DNA from: Candidatus Woesearchaeota archaeon
Lineage (GTDB): Archaea; Nanobdellota; Nanobdellia; Pacearchaeales; GW2011-AR1
DNA: 53,549 nt
Direction of reading: 5' to 3'
Assembly: GCA_964403535.1 (NCBI GenBank)
Contig: CAYOFN010000002.1
Span: 1 to 53,549, forward strand
Under the pieces are notes generated by a model. It was given only the letters and a program-made list of their open reading frames with translations. It made no database searches and was not told the DNA's origin. Both the position numbers and the translations under genes were made by a program. This document shows positions 9,001 to 16,220 of the stretch, piece by piece (position 1 is the first letter of the stretch; every line of letters starts with the position of its first letter).

Positions 9001-11751
9001 GTAGACTGCAACTTCAGCAGAAGTATTTTTTGCTCTAGCATAAATTGTAATGTCCCTGGTTTTATCAAGTGGTTGTTTAAAACTAACTCTTAAATACTCC
9101 CCATCTGGAATTAGAGAATAATTTTCATCCTGCGCTTTGACTTGTTCATAAACATCTTCAATAAATGTATAATTTTCATCTAAATGTTCTGCTTTTGAAA
9201 TTTCAATAATTAATTCATAAGTCTGGTTTGATAAATGAGGAACAATCCATTCAATATAGTCAATAAATCCATCTTCATCTAAATCATAAGATGTAAAATC
9301 AACTTCTTGCTTAATCCATTTTCCAGTAGATTCAAGAATCTCAGAACCATTAACTTCAATTTCTTGGTTAATTATCTCTTCACTTATCACACTTCCAGTT
9401 AATAAAGAATTTTCCTGAGTTTTATTCTCACTAATTAATGAATTCTCAGTATTATCTGTTATTTCTTCAGGTTGCTCTTCAATTGTTTTATTAACTTCCC
9501 CTTCTGTTGCTTCAATTGTTTGATTTACTTTTGTTTCATTAATCTCTTCAGTTGTCTGATTGATTATCTCATCACTAGTTATATTAACTACAGGAATTTC
9601 ATTAATTATCTGAGTTTCTTCTGTACTCTCTTGCTTTATTTCCTCTTCACTTAAATTAAGCTCTTGTTTTTCACTTTTAACCTCTTCCTGAACATACCCG
9701 TATAACTTAATGTTATTATTACTCTCACTTCTTATCTTATTAGGAATACGAGTATAAGCTAAAATATCAGTATAGTTTAATTCATCATCAGCAGAAATTA
9801 TTATTCTTTTTCCATTTGAAATATTCTCTTCTACTGCCTGAGGAGCAGGTGTATAATACTCAATTGCAATCTCTTCTTTTTGAGTATTATTAGCAATAGA
9901 AGTTAAATCTAGTATTTTTTTATTATTTGTCTCTGTAATCTCACTTCCTTCTTCTCCTTCACTTATCACTGCCCCAGTTATCTGACTTTTAGTTATCTTT
10001 CCCCACAATCTAGTCAAGATTCCTGGTTTCTTACCACTTTCTCCTATAATCTCTCCTGTAATTAAACTACTCCTCTCTGCACCATCAACTTTATTTTCAT
10101 ATTCCTTAACTGATTTTTCTAGATCTACAACTTCTTCATCTGTCTTAATTGTAATATTCTCAGCTGATTTAGGCAGTTCTACAATTAATCCTCCTTTTTC
10201 TGATTTATTTGTTATTTTAACCCACTTTACAGGCTGTCCTATAATTGCTTTATACTGAATAGACCTAATCTTTACTTCTGAAAGGTTCCCAATACTAATA
10301 TTCACACTCTGGTTTACAATAATTGTTTGATTAACCAAAGTTTGATTAAATATACTCTCATTTGTAGTGGTTAAATTAATTGTCTGATTTGTGGTTATAT
10401 TCTTTACAATCTCTTCTCCACTAACTGAGATTTCCTCACTTACTTCACTTAAAACTTCCTCACCATAAACTAAACTTATTTTTAATTCTCCATTTTTAGC
10501 TAAAACTCCAAATTCATTAAGATTAATTTCAGTAGAACTCTCTTCATCTTGCAGAAAATCTTCACCAAATCCTTCTTCACTCACTGAGTATTCAGTAGAG
10601 ACTACTGCTAAATTTTCCTCAATTTGTAAGGTAACTGCGTTTTCATCAAGCTTTTCATTATTTTCCAGTCTTACAGAACTCTTTTTTATCGTCGCTGTCT
10701 TTCCATTTTCCAAAGAATAAGTAAATTCCTCATCTTTTCTGCAACTTCCATCAACAAACTTTCCACTTTCTCCAGTATTTTCACTCTCTCCTATAACCTC
10801 TCCTGTAATTAAACTACTCTCTCCTGAACTTTCACTGTTCTCTGTTGCACTTTCTTCACTTACCTCAGAACTTTCTGAAGTTGATTCACTGCTTTCTACT
10901 ATCTGGGTTTCTTCACTTGCTTGTTCTTGAGGTTGTTTATTATTCTCTGGTGTTTGAGTTTCTTCATTTACTGGTCCTTGAGCTGGTTCTTCTATTATCT
11001 CTTGAGATTCTACTCCCTCTTCTGGAGTTATCTCCTCTACAATACTTCCATCTACTCCTCCCTCTTCACTTGCAGGATTTTCACTTTCCTGAGATTCTTG
11101 CTCACTTGCATTTTCTTGAGGTTTTTCTTCACTCACATTCTTTTCTTCTTCAACAAGCTCTTCACCTAAATTAGACAACACTAAAGTAAAGAATACTTCA
11201 GGATAAGTTACTTTTTCACCTAAAAATCCAATTCCAGAACCATTCCCACTTAACTTCTTTCCTTCAATATAGTAATCTCCATTAAAATTAGGCTCTAGAA
11301 TTTCATTTAATTCAATTTCTTTTCTAAAACCTTCTTGTTCAATAATCAACTTAGAGCCTAGAGGAAGAAGTTCACCTTGCTTTAAACTTAATTTTAACAC
11401 ACCAGATACATTCTCTCCAGAGAGGTACTGATTTTGAATATCTAAACTAACATTTCCTGTAATCTGCTGAGTATAAATAAAAAAAATAGCACCAATAAAA
11501 AACAAAAAAACAATTCCCACACCTACAATTAACTTTCTACCCTGAAGAATATTAGGAGAACTTTCATTCATAAGAGTTGTTCTACTCTCTCCCCTCTTTC
11601 TTTTCTTGCTCTCTTTTTTACTTAACCACTCTCTATACGCAGATTTATCTCCAATATATCTTTTTCTTACATGAGAACCATCTCTATAGCTTTCATAGTA
11701 GTAAGGTCCGAACTTTTTCCCCTTTTTGTAGACATAGCGAACATGAACCAT
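1..11751 (-). CDS. Giant (>=3917 codons, 3' end runs off the window start) membrane-anchored cell-surface protein. Parts in order: basic Tyr-rich N-terminus, single TM helix, acidic low-complexity linker, FG-GAP/VCBS-like Ca-binding repeats, Gly-rich PMP-like beta-helix repeats, three LamG (Laminin_G_3-like) modules, NosD/PbH1-like beta-helix.
   Basis: Absent from the ORF track because it has no stop inside the window. Hand translation of the minus frame from ATG 11751 (MVHVRYVYKKGKKFGPYYYESYRDGSHVRKRYIG...TTLMNESSPNILQGRKLIVGVGIVFLFFIGAIFFIY) stays open wherever I spot-checked, down to position 1. All other frames over these 11.7 kb carry only ORFs of 152 aa or less. Motifs read directly: DLDGDGFENDIV (~8140-8190), DLDGNGFENDIV (~7990-8040), DLDGDGYDD (~7845-7880), DFDADGIDE (~7385-7425), DFNGDGILD (~7230-7265), GGGAIFINATG (~5850-5885), NVDRGGGSGGSIWI (~6440-6480), LDDILIFNRSLSAAEIQSLY (~4090-4150). 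Confidence 0.85.
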   Translation of the reverse strand, partial: MVHVRYVYKKGKKFGPYYYESYRDGSHVRKRYIGDKSAYREWLSKKESKKRKRGESRTTLMNESSPNILQGRKLIVGVGIVFLFFIGAIFFIYTQQITGNVSLDIQNQYLSGENVSGVLKLSLKQGELLPLGSKLIIEQEGFRKEIELNEILEPNFNGDYYIEGKKLSGNGSGIGFLGEKVTYPEVFFTLVLSNLGEELVEEEKNVSEEKPQENASEQESQESENPASEEGGVDGSIVEEITPEEGVESQEIIEEPAQGPVNEETQTPENNKQPQEQASEETQIVESSESTSESSEVSEESATENSESSGESSLITGEVIGESENTGESGKFVDGSCRKDEEFTYSLENGKTATIKKSSVRLENNEKLDENAVTLQIEENLAVVSTEYSVSEEGFGEDFLQDEESSTEINLNEFGVLAKNGELKISLVYGEEVLSEVSEEISVSGEEIVKNITTNQTINLTTTNESIFNQTLVNQTIIVNQSVNISIGNLSEVKIRSIQYKAIIGQPVKWVKITNKSEKGGLIVELPKSAENITIKTDEEVVDLEKSVKEYENKVDGAERSSLITGEIIGESGKKPGILTRLWGKITKSQITGAVISEGEEGSEITETNNKKILDLTSIANNTQKEEIAIEYYTPAPQAVEENISNGKRIIISADDELNYTDILAYTRIPNKIRSESNNNIKLYGYVQEEVKSEKQELNLSEEEIKQESTEETQIINEIPVVNITSDEIINQTTEEINETKVNQTIEATEGEVNKTIEEQPEEITDNTENSLISENKTQENSLLTGSVISEEIINQEIEVNGSEILESTGKWIKQEVDFTSYDLDEDGFIDYIEWIVPHLSNQTYELIIEISKAEHLDENYTFIEDVYEQVKAQDENYSLIPDGEYLRVSFKQPLDKTRDITIYARAKNTSAEVAVYREGDNEEIARFENINQENWYKIYLSNLGDNESYPTFDLKSIEDVEYDYIVDPSMNTSNSNLTIWDDSDASIVYTNLTRFYANFTNFTGSSLNGSSYKCNISNNKTGFWLPLGEMLFNDTTNQYEFYGDCGYKTGHSCIPVGNYSYNVSCFDSTGTYQNASLSDNVVVSLYDDASIVLSQDIDGPTITFKANFTKDNLELAGLGQTVWDSLDIDSSNGAYSLASFDCLNSGKKNCIVVGVAQANAGLRAFYPNGSEITSGSWPGDEASWSIYQIEVGDLDGDGFENDIVSAETGDYVRVFDETGSQVWSYTLGGDVGSIDIVDLDGNGFENDIVASKLASPPWVYAFNTSDGTSWSLKWSANTGDATGSYGHEIYAIDLDGDGYDDPIIITRNYHFVYNGSSGAQLSNGSNYVPMAIHAGEYNSTSAGKEIVITGYGRGATGIKIFSYNGTRLWRGGFSDAQGNEIMEYQYPNGDKKLIYGTTGAYNWGEVDMLDLYDLTDAEKLTAHNWTYDIDGTGTAIAIYSIYTADFDADGIDEIIAGGANDEVFIFNYTGGLILRYPLNLGDIGTTAGKQPAIDSLDFNGDGILDFAVVSKNGYVDVFQNAFCTINFNDSTSYDMSWNFLTKLWESEKSIIPNVNYSYNISCTKGGYKETFVENSLLIETGCDEGDEQTTCNITSEHLITDGYVFSANNMIIKNGGALQNTETNCLGTNHGCGFVLNLSGNLTIQSGGNLTAGNISITAESVDVQSGGKIYTDGLGWLMTLGPGGSSTYSRGGCYGSLGAGVYDWDKVYGSAAHPTDFGSGGGIYSGIGGGAGGGIIFINATGNIVVNGNLSSAGQNVDRGGGSGGSIWIISSNLTGEGSIFADGGNFIGTNGGGGGSGGRVSLEYLSSTFAGDIDVSGGIDAGSGTALPGHHGTLSLVEGANVNLTIKESMALTGRGHTFHTINVTNGATLDFQPNLTFQGDGTGVVLNVVDLYVDSYSVLSADHLGFEPTVGPGGSSSNAIGASHGGKGGGSSDPAYGSEAWPTSLGSGGENYYSVGVTGGGAIFINATGKVVLLGNVTASSYEDASRSGSAGGSILIVADNLTISSYVSANGGDGDRASAAGGGGGRIALHANTLDLTGAIIENIAGEENWGTTCCTSADGSAGTIYINATTSITSTGNATATGYNGTTARINITAPTLTLSGIYLANSTVNPQGKITLNYTLCASNFTGAVFNPEAIWLNGTCVNLAPSTFLSPVDAETGNYSVNGSTNLTLVNNWNYTESQFINFTSDVYGKRLKVYGLFAEGSVNLSRLVIRATDTKTVVNVSEVTGIATNHTLFVPNTLNEGVYICPDALLINNVNKTCTNIIRFTEAEASAGTWNSGVYAKIEGENYRVENLTGSGIGDDSVAPDINFTLPTPANNSNLSATSIYVNLSTDDANQHYSFVEFDKSLVGWWRMDDLNSSGDVLDRSSSSNNGSALGGATLNESGVYGKSFEFDGKSGSYLKLGSPFNLTNSNFTISLWVREISTDEGAHYFLACNEGNYIRFGRSGNALYSYSSTSYGSISIGQNNLTLWSWEKWNNFVLMFNGTGAYHYLNGNVLATKDTDVDYVSPDPTYCVIGCRYSTSNLLNGSLDDILIFNRSLSAAEIQSLYNASEYKYSHNFTNLELDTHTITGYAVDIVGNLNQTEERSVNVCGVPVTTTPQISPISPETDDNLNCSFIITGGCSLSGNMTWFKNNVTNFTLSLEVENNKSASYILDSGNLTAGDTWICEITPRNPAGYGAKKNSSEINILQGLGVSFTSLTPVSEISTQNTSIEINVSITDSLLNPLNKIVWNWNGSNHTIFENDLVLMFNFENLSSLGESATLALDIAGNDNNATLSSPIVNITGKYGKGLEFDGKETKRVYVPDSDNLDLTNFTISFWFKRKGASCDGSCAFSTCFSDDIDVVTAKGGGGGDGGVLDCNWIIGLASSKLSFCAEHTAGTDYSLAGSTTLNNNQWYHGAVTYDGNTATIYVDGAYESSGSVGGTINTNTVDVGIGVGLENNPIVNNGAWNGTIDEFMIWNKSLNSTEISQLYMMNLRKYDADKWSLYINQSKNSTDGLDLGTYSYQAFVANAGEGRKTEERNITVSGVPGVDYFPNVTLNSPPNNNISTINSSLNFNCSATDDQNLENISLYGNWSGGWHLNQTLERSGISNESMFKVNLTDNKKYIWNCLACDNASQCNFSLSNFTLSVNTSYAPSLPKIAFASLTPVSESSTQNTSIEINVSINDSGSALTGVIWSWNETNFTIMNDSLRIWFNFDNVSALGESYLPNTIVYDLSSYHNNGNLTNISAPAKAHSPDWVPEGKFGGAFKFTTPDYNSNGECFFVPHSDSLNPYAADFAMMMWLNCNYTTDTDLSRKGSTLTSPGNIMYKMEIGGYGTPNLLSLNFISDTDAGSTLEWATPICNNEWHFVVGQRRGDTTELWFDGVRVGNDPDFTGSISNLANLTVGCKDTMDDDYYNGTMDEYRLYINQSFSESEINQMYMMNLNKYDTDKWNLYINQSKNSTDGLDFGIYSYQAFATNENGGNKTEKRNITISLPGLTIKSPSNTTYTNNIIDFNVSGNRDLSFCTFSLDNFVNNYSMTKSNTTFFNFTNSSMKDGSYTANFWCNDTGGSVNNTEEIEFFVDFSTNITSCRNIVTANRTYVLRNNISSTGTCINVYAHNVTIDLNGFNITGDRVGTTDYGIYTNLYNNITIKNGYINSFGEGIYLQNSDYDNITNITSSDNLINGISLGAADKNTFNGLVLKSNSYYGMFVFGQKNNLTNITIWNCTQVFGCLTFNGGGGSNRVTGGSINKSLIPLIFFTDSDNNIVENVRVYETSSDVINVTGTSTNNTLINMSYDLTKEIVGTGSSLTRKWWYKAHVNNSAGSNVSEANITAYNRTGAYNFNLNTDETGYSQLGEIIDYVNTGGTRSYFSLYNIYALNSSYLSKNHSFNASLGNNYKDVFSLIINDTTAPIVKVKYPIGYAGYIG
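1308..3641. repeat. Intragenic tandem module duplication with a period of about 1341-1347 bp (447-449 codons) inside the giant ORF
   Basis: About 180 bp at 1308-1490 aligns without gaps to 2655-2837 at high identity by eye. About 60 bp at 2241-2300 aligns to 3582-3641 (catttatctctatgcttgtattttg...ctcagaaacaggagtta). Both offsets are multiples of 3. Confidence 0.75.
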
Positions 11752-11887
11752 CTTTTTTATTAACTTATCTCTTTTTCTGGAATTTAAACTTCTTTATGAA
11801 AATAGTTATTCTACATAGTTTAAATACTTTTTGTTCTTATTCTACAGATTTATGCTCGATAAAACAAAAAACAACTTCAGAAAAAAA

Positions 11888-12057
11888 TTAAGCACTTTTT
11901 ATTTTTGCTTTTTCAATCCACTTCTCTTTCTGCTGGCATAATGAACAAACATAAATTAATTTGTTTTTATTGCTTTCCAAAACTTTTAATGCAGTCCCTT
12001 TTAGTTTTCCAAATCTTTCTTCAATCTCTTCATTGCATATGCAACATGTTCTTACCA
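11888..12057 (-). CDS. Candidate small zinc-ribbon protein (CxxC...CxxC, about 56 codons) with an apparent 1-nt frame break
   Basis: Minus strand reads ATG at 12057, MVRTCCICNEEIEERFGKL. After an A-run near 11998-12003 the sequence continues in another frame as TALKVLESNKNKLIYVCSLCQQKEKWIEKAKIKSA, with the stop at 11888-11890. The span is 170 nt by my count, which is not a multiple of 3. It is below the 60-aa track threshold either way. Confidence 0.3.
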
Positions 12058-12109
12058 TCCAAAAAACAAAGTCAATAAGTTTTATAAACTTAACTTTACT
12101 AAACTATTA

Positions 12110-13813
12110 ATGATACTTAAAAAACAGGTGGTAGACTTGCTCTCAAAACATGTTGAACTTTCAAAAAAACAAATAAATGAGCTAATTGAAACTCCTCCTT
12201 CAGAGGATTTAGGAGATTATTCTTTTCCTTGTTTTATTCTTTCAAAAAAACACAAAAAATCACCTAAAGATATCTCCCAGGGGTTAGTAGGAAACATAAA
12301 ACCTAAGAAATCAATAGAAAAAATCAAGGCAATTGGCCCTTATATTAACTTTTTTATAAATAAGAAGGTTCTTGCACAAGAGATTCTTCAGATAAATCAA
12401 GATTATGGCAAATCTGATGTTGGAAAAGGCAAGACAATTGCAATTGACTTTTCAGGTCCAAATATAGGAAAACCTATGCATATTGGGCATATACGCTCAA
12501 CAATTTTAGGAGACTCTCTAATGAGACTATTTGATTTTCAAGACTACAGGACAGTTGGAATAAACTATCTTGGAGATGTAGGTTTGCATATAGGAAAATT
12601 AATCACAGCTTATGAACTCTGGTTAGATGAAAACTCCTTAAAAAAAGACCCTGTAAAAGAGCTTTTAAGACTCTATATTAAGTTCTGTGAACAAGAAAAC
12701 ACTCCATATCAAGAGGGAATTGAAGAAGAATTCCAGGAAAATGAATGGACAAACAAAGCAAAAGAAAAGCTAAAATTACTTGAACTTGGAGATAAAAAAA
12801 CCCATAAAATCTGGGAAAGTATTCAAAAACACTCAAAAAAAGGGTTTAATAAAGTTTATAACACATTAAATGTAAATTTTCACGAAACAACTGGGCAGTC
12901 TTTATTCTCAGAAAAAGGCAAACAGGTTATTACTCTTGCAATTGAACAAGGAAAAGCTAAGATAGAAAAAGACAGCGCAGTTTATATTGATCTTCCAGAT
13001 TTGCCAAAAAAATATGTTCTTAGAAGCAATGGAACAGCATCTTATATTACTTATGATCTTGGAGCAGCTATAGAGAGGCATAAAAAATACAATTTTGATA
13101 AGATGATTTATATTACAGATTTTCGCCAGTCACTCCATTTTCAGCAGCTTTTTGCAATTCTCAAGAAATTAAACTTCAATTTCTCCTCAAATCTTCAGCA
13201 TCTTGGGTTTGGAACAGTAAATTTTGGAAAAGAGATTATTGCAACACGAACAGGAAAGATTATTCTTTTAGAAGATGTTCTGAAAAAAACAATAGAAAAA
13301 GCTGAAAAAGAAATAAAAAAAAGAAAAACTAAAGGAAATCCTGAAAAACTCGGAGTTGGGGCTTTAAAATACTCTTTTTTAAAAAACGAGCCAGTAAAAG
13401 ATGTTAACTTTTCATGGGAACAAGCTCTTAATTTTGAAGGAGATACAGGTCCTTATCTTCAGTATGCATATGCACGTGCAGCTTCAATTCTAAGAAAATC
13501 AAAATTCTCTGAAAAATCAGCAAAACCAGACAAACAATTAGAAATCCCAGACTTGCACACAAAAGAAATAAAACTTCTTAAAAAAATATCAAATTTTCCA
13601 GAAATCATAACTCAATCAACAAATTTCTTAAATCCAGGTATTTTAGCTCACTATTCATTTGAATTAGCTCAAACTTTCAGTGAATTTTATCATGATTGTC
13701 CTGTAATTGGTTCTAAAGAGCAGAACTTTAGGCTCGCTCTTGTAAATGCTTTTAAAATAACTTTAAAAAACTCCCTTTACTTACTTGGAATAGAAGTTAT
13801 GGAAGAAATGTAA
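12110..13813 (+). CDS. argS: Arginyl-tRNA synthetase
   Basis: 567 aa. HIGH-type motif PMHIGHIRSTILGD. Class I ArgRS C-terminal anticodon-binding region ending in M. TATA-like TTTTATAAAC about 26 nt upstream of the ATG. Confidence 0.95.
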   Translation: MILKKQVVDLLSKHVELSKKQINELIETPPSEDLGDYSFPCFILSKKHKKSPKDISQGLVGNIKPKKSIEKIKAIGPYINFFINKKVLAQEILQINQDYGKSDVGKGKTIAIDFSGPNIGKPMHIGHIRSTILGDSLMRLFDFQDYRTVGINYLGDVGLHIGKLITAYELWLDENSLKKDPVKELLRLYIKFCEQENTPYQEGIEEEFQENEWTNKAKEKLKLLELGDKKTHKIWESIQKHSKKGFNKVYNTLNVNFHETTGQSLFSEKGKQVITLAIEQGKAKIEKDSAVYIDLPDLPKKYVLRSNGTASYITYDLGAAIERHKKYNFDKMIYITDFRQSLHFQQLFAILKKLNFNFSSNLQHLGFGTVNFGKEIIATRTGKIILLEDVLKKTIEKAEKEIKKRKTKGNPEKLGVGALKYSFLKNEPVKDVNFSWEQALNFEGDTGPYLQYAYARAASILRKSKFSEKSAKPDKQLEIPDLHTKEIKLLKKISNFPEIITQSTNFLNPGILAHYSFELAQTFSEFYHDCPVIGSKEQNFRLALVNAFKITLKNSLYLLGIEVMEEM

Positions 13814-13844
13814 GATTTTTAATCCCTTCTTCCTCTACTCTTCT

Positions 13845-15170
13845 ATGACCTCCTCTACAATCTACATTGAAACTTACGGATGCACTGCAAACCAAAACAA
13901 TTCTGAGATAATTGCAGGAACACTAAAGCAGGCAGGGTATCAAATAACAAATAATCTTGATTTAGCTGAGATTATCATTCTCAACACATGCATAGTAAAG
14001 CAAAAAACAATAACTAAGATTAAAAGAAGAATCCAGGATATTGCTCAAACAGGAAAACTTATGATTATCTCTGGATGCATGCCTGAAACTCATATAAAAG
14101 AACTTGAAAAACTGAAAAAAACAGGAAAACTCTTCTTTCTAGGAACTCACCACTTTAAAGACATAAACAAGCTTCTTAATACTATAAACTCAAACCAATT
14201 AACCAAGAAAAAACAATTAGAATTTTTAGAACCTCAAAATGAAGAAAAACTTCTTCTTCCAAAGATTTCCAGAAACAAGCTTATCTCTATTATTCAGATT
14301 TCAGAAGGCTGTCTTGGAAATTGCACTTACTGCCTGACAAAATTTGCAAAAGGTAAACTCTTTTCATATCCAGAAGAAAAAATTCTAAAACAAATTGAAT
14401 CTGATTTAAACCAAGGTGCAAAAGAAATCTGGATTACAAGCCAGGACAATGCATCATATGGTTTAGATAAAAACACAGGTTCTCAACTTCCAGCTCTTCT
14501 TAATAAAATTCTAGACTTGAAGCATAATTTTAAGATTAGACTAGGAATGATGAACCCAAACACTTTTCTTCCAATTCTAGACAAAATGATTGAGATATAC
14601 AAGGACAAAAAGATGTACAACTTCCTTCACTTGCCGATTCAATCAGCTTCAAATAATGTTCTTAAATCAATGAACCGCGAGTATAATCTAGAACAAGCAG
14701 AAAAAATACTCTCAAGATTTAAAAAAGAATTTCCTAATATAACTCTAGCAACAGATATTATCATAGGGTATCCTACAGAAACAGAACAAGAATACAAGAA
14801 AAACATAGAATTCATAACAAAATTTTCTCCAAGTGTACTGAACTTAGCTAAGTTCTCTAGACATAAAACAACAAAAGCATCCACACTTAACCCTCTACCA
14901 ATAAAAACAATAAAGCAAAGAACAATCCAATTGATGAATCTTCATAGAGAAACTGCAAAACAAAACAAAGAACATTTTTTAGATAAAGAAGTTGAAGTTT
15001 TTGTAAACAATAAAAAACAAGGAATTTATGAATCAAGAGATGAAAACTACAACATTATTCTCATTAATACAAAAGAAAAAATCCTCGGAAAGAGACTAAA
15101 AGTAAAGATTATAGAAATTGGGGTTCATCATATGATTGGAACTCTCCTACTCTCAAAACTGCTTAAATAA
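13845..15170 (+). CDS. MiaB-family radical-SAM methylthiotransferase (archaeal MtaB/CDKAL1-like)
   Basis: 441 aa. N-terminal UPF0004 pattern (IYIETYGCTANQ). Radical-SAM CxxxCxxC (CLGNCTYC). C-terminal TRAM-like region. Confidence 0.9.
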   Translation: MTSSTIYIETYGCTANQNNSEIIAGTLKQAGYQITNNLDLAEIIILNTCIVKQKTITKIKRRIQDIAQTGKLMIISGCMPETHIKELEKLKKTGKLFFLGTHHFKDINKLLNTINSNQLTKKKQLEFLEPQNEEKLLLPKISRNKLISIIQISEGCLGNCTYCLTKFAKGKLFSYPEEKILKQIESDLNQGAKEIWITSQDNASYGLDKNTGSQLPALLNKILDLKHNFKIRLGMMNPNTFLPILDKMIEIYKDKKMYNFLHLPIQSASNNVLKSMNREYNLEQAEKILSRFKKEFPNITLATDIIIGYPTETEQEYKKNIEFITKFSPSVLNLAKFSRHKTTKASTLNPLPIKTIKQRTIQLMNLHRETAKQNKEHFLDKEVEVFVNNKKQGIYESRDENYNIILINTKEKILGKRLKVKIIEIGVHHMIGTLLLSKLLK

Positions 15171-15319
15171 CCTTTGATACCCACAAAAACCTCTAAATCT
15201 TATAAATTTCAATAATCTTAACTTAATGAGCCCCCAACACATTCATAAAAGATAATCAAGAACCTCAAAAATTATTTATTAATCTTCCCCTAAAAATCAA
15301 ACCCCCCTATCAGAAATAC

Positions 15320-16129
15320 TTATTTCTTAAAAACTTTAAAATTAGTCCAAGCAACTTCAAATAACTGCTCTAAAGCCTGAGCAAAAAAACTAGCATTTAA
15401 CCATATAGCAACATCATAATTAGGATGAACCTGCTCATCATCAAGAATCATAAACAATAATTGTTCTGAATCTATGATAACAAATCTAGCTTTTAGTTTA
15501 TCAACATCTCTTATCTCAGCTACTTTACTCAAATCTTTAGCAACATTCTTATTAGACTCATTAATCGGAGCAGCAATTCTAATTTTTACTCCTCTTTTTT
15601 TTGCTTTTTCAAGAGAAGGCATTAAGTGTTCAAGTTTTCTATTAATTCCAGAAGAAGTTGTCACAATTGTAATTGTTTTTTCAGCTTCTCTAACTAACAT
15701 GTCAAGATGATTATACACATTTTGTCTTCCTCTTAAACTTCCTGATAAGTCACTTGGCTCAACAAACTTAACACCTTGGTGAAACAAGCTTGATAACTCT
15801 TTTAAAATATCCTCTTGCTTTAATCTTTCTAATCTTTTGCTTTTCTCATCTGCATCTCTTACAAGATTTTTCTTAACTCTTTCAATAACCTCCTCAGGTT
15901 TTAAAGCCACGAACTTAATTGGCTTACCAAGCTTCATAATAATAAACCCTTTTTTCTCCAAACTTTCTAGAATATCATAAGTTCTGCTTCTAGGAACATC
16001 ACTTATATTGCTAAGTTCTCCTGCAGTTGAAACACCTCTGGAAAGAAGTGCTGCCCAGACTTTAACTTCATATAGGTTTAAGTCAAATATCTTCCTTAAC
16101 CTGCTTAAAAACTCCTCTTTGACAATCAT
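15320..16129 (-). CDS. TrmB-family transcriptional regulator
   Basis: 269 aa. N-terminal wHTH (LYEVKVWAALLSRGVSTAGELSNISDVPRSRTYDILESLEKKGF), typical of TrmB. Confidence 0.85.
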   Translation of the reverse strand: MIVKEEFLSRLRKIFDLNLYEVKVWAALLSRGVSTAGELSNISDVPRSRTYDILESLEKKGFIIMKLGKPIKFVALKPEEVIERVKKNLVRDADEKSKRLERLKQEDILKELSSLFHQGVKFVEPSDLSGSLRGRQNVYNHLDMLVREAEKTITIVTTSSGINRKLEHLMPSLEKAKKRGVKIRIAAPINESNKNVAKDLSKVAEIRDVDKLKARFVIIDSEQLLFMILDDEQVHPNYDVAIWLNASFFAQALEQLFEVAWTNFKVFKK

Positions 16130-16220
16130 TTTTTGTAAGTGTTAAAACTTAAAAGAAGTACTAGTATTTAAATCTTTTTATCATTCAGGCATCTATTTTA
16201 AAATTTTATCGACGATAAAT

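Noticed and set aside
10845-11174. Leu/Phe-rich + strand ORFs (109 and 82 aa) and the 11577-11891 + ORF
   Set aside because: They are antisense to the acidic Glu/Ser linker and the N-terminus of the giant gene. Low-complexity mirror ORFs are typical of AT-rich DNA.
16075-16135. Apparent 1-nt frame inconsistency in the TrmB gene when I read the bases across the 16080/16081 line break
   Set aside because: The computed ORF track gives an intact 269-aa protein, and the flanking coordinates agree with the track. I attribute this to my own miscount of an A-run. It is the reason I flag homopolymer-dependent claims, such as the 11888-12057 frameshift, as uncertain.
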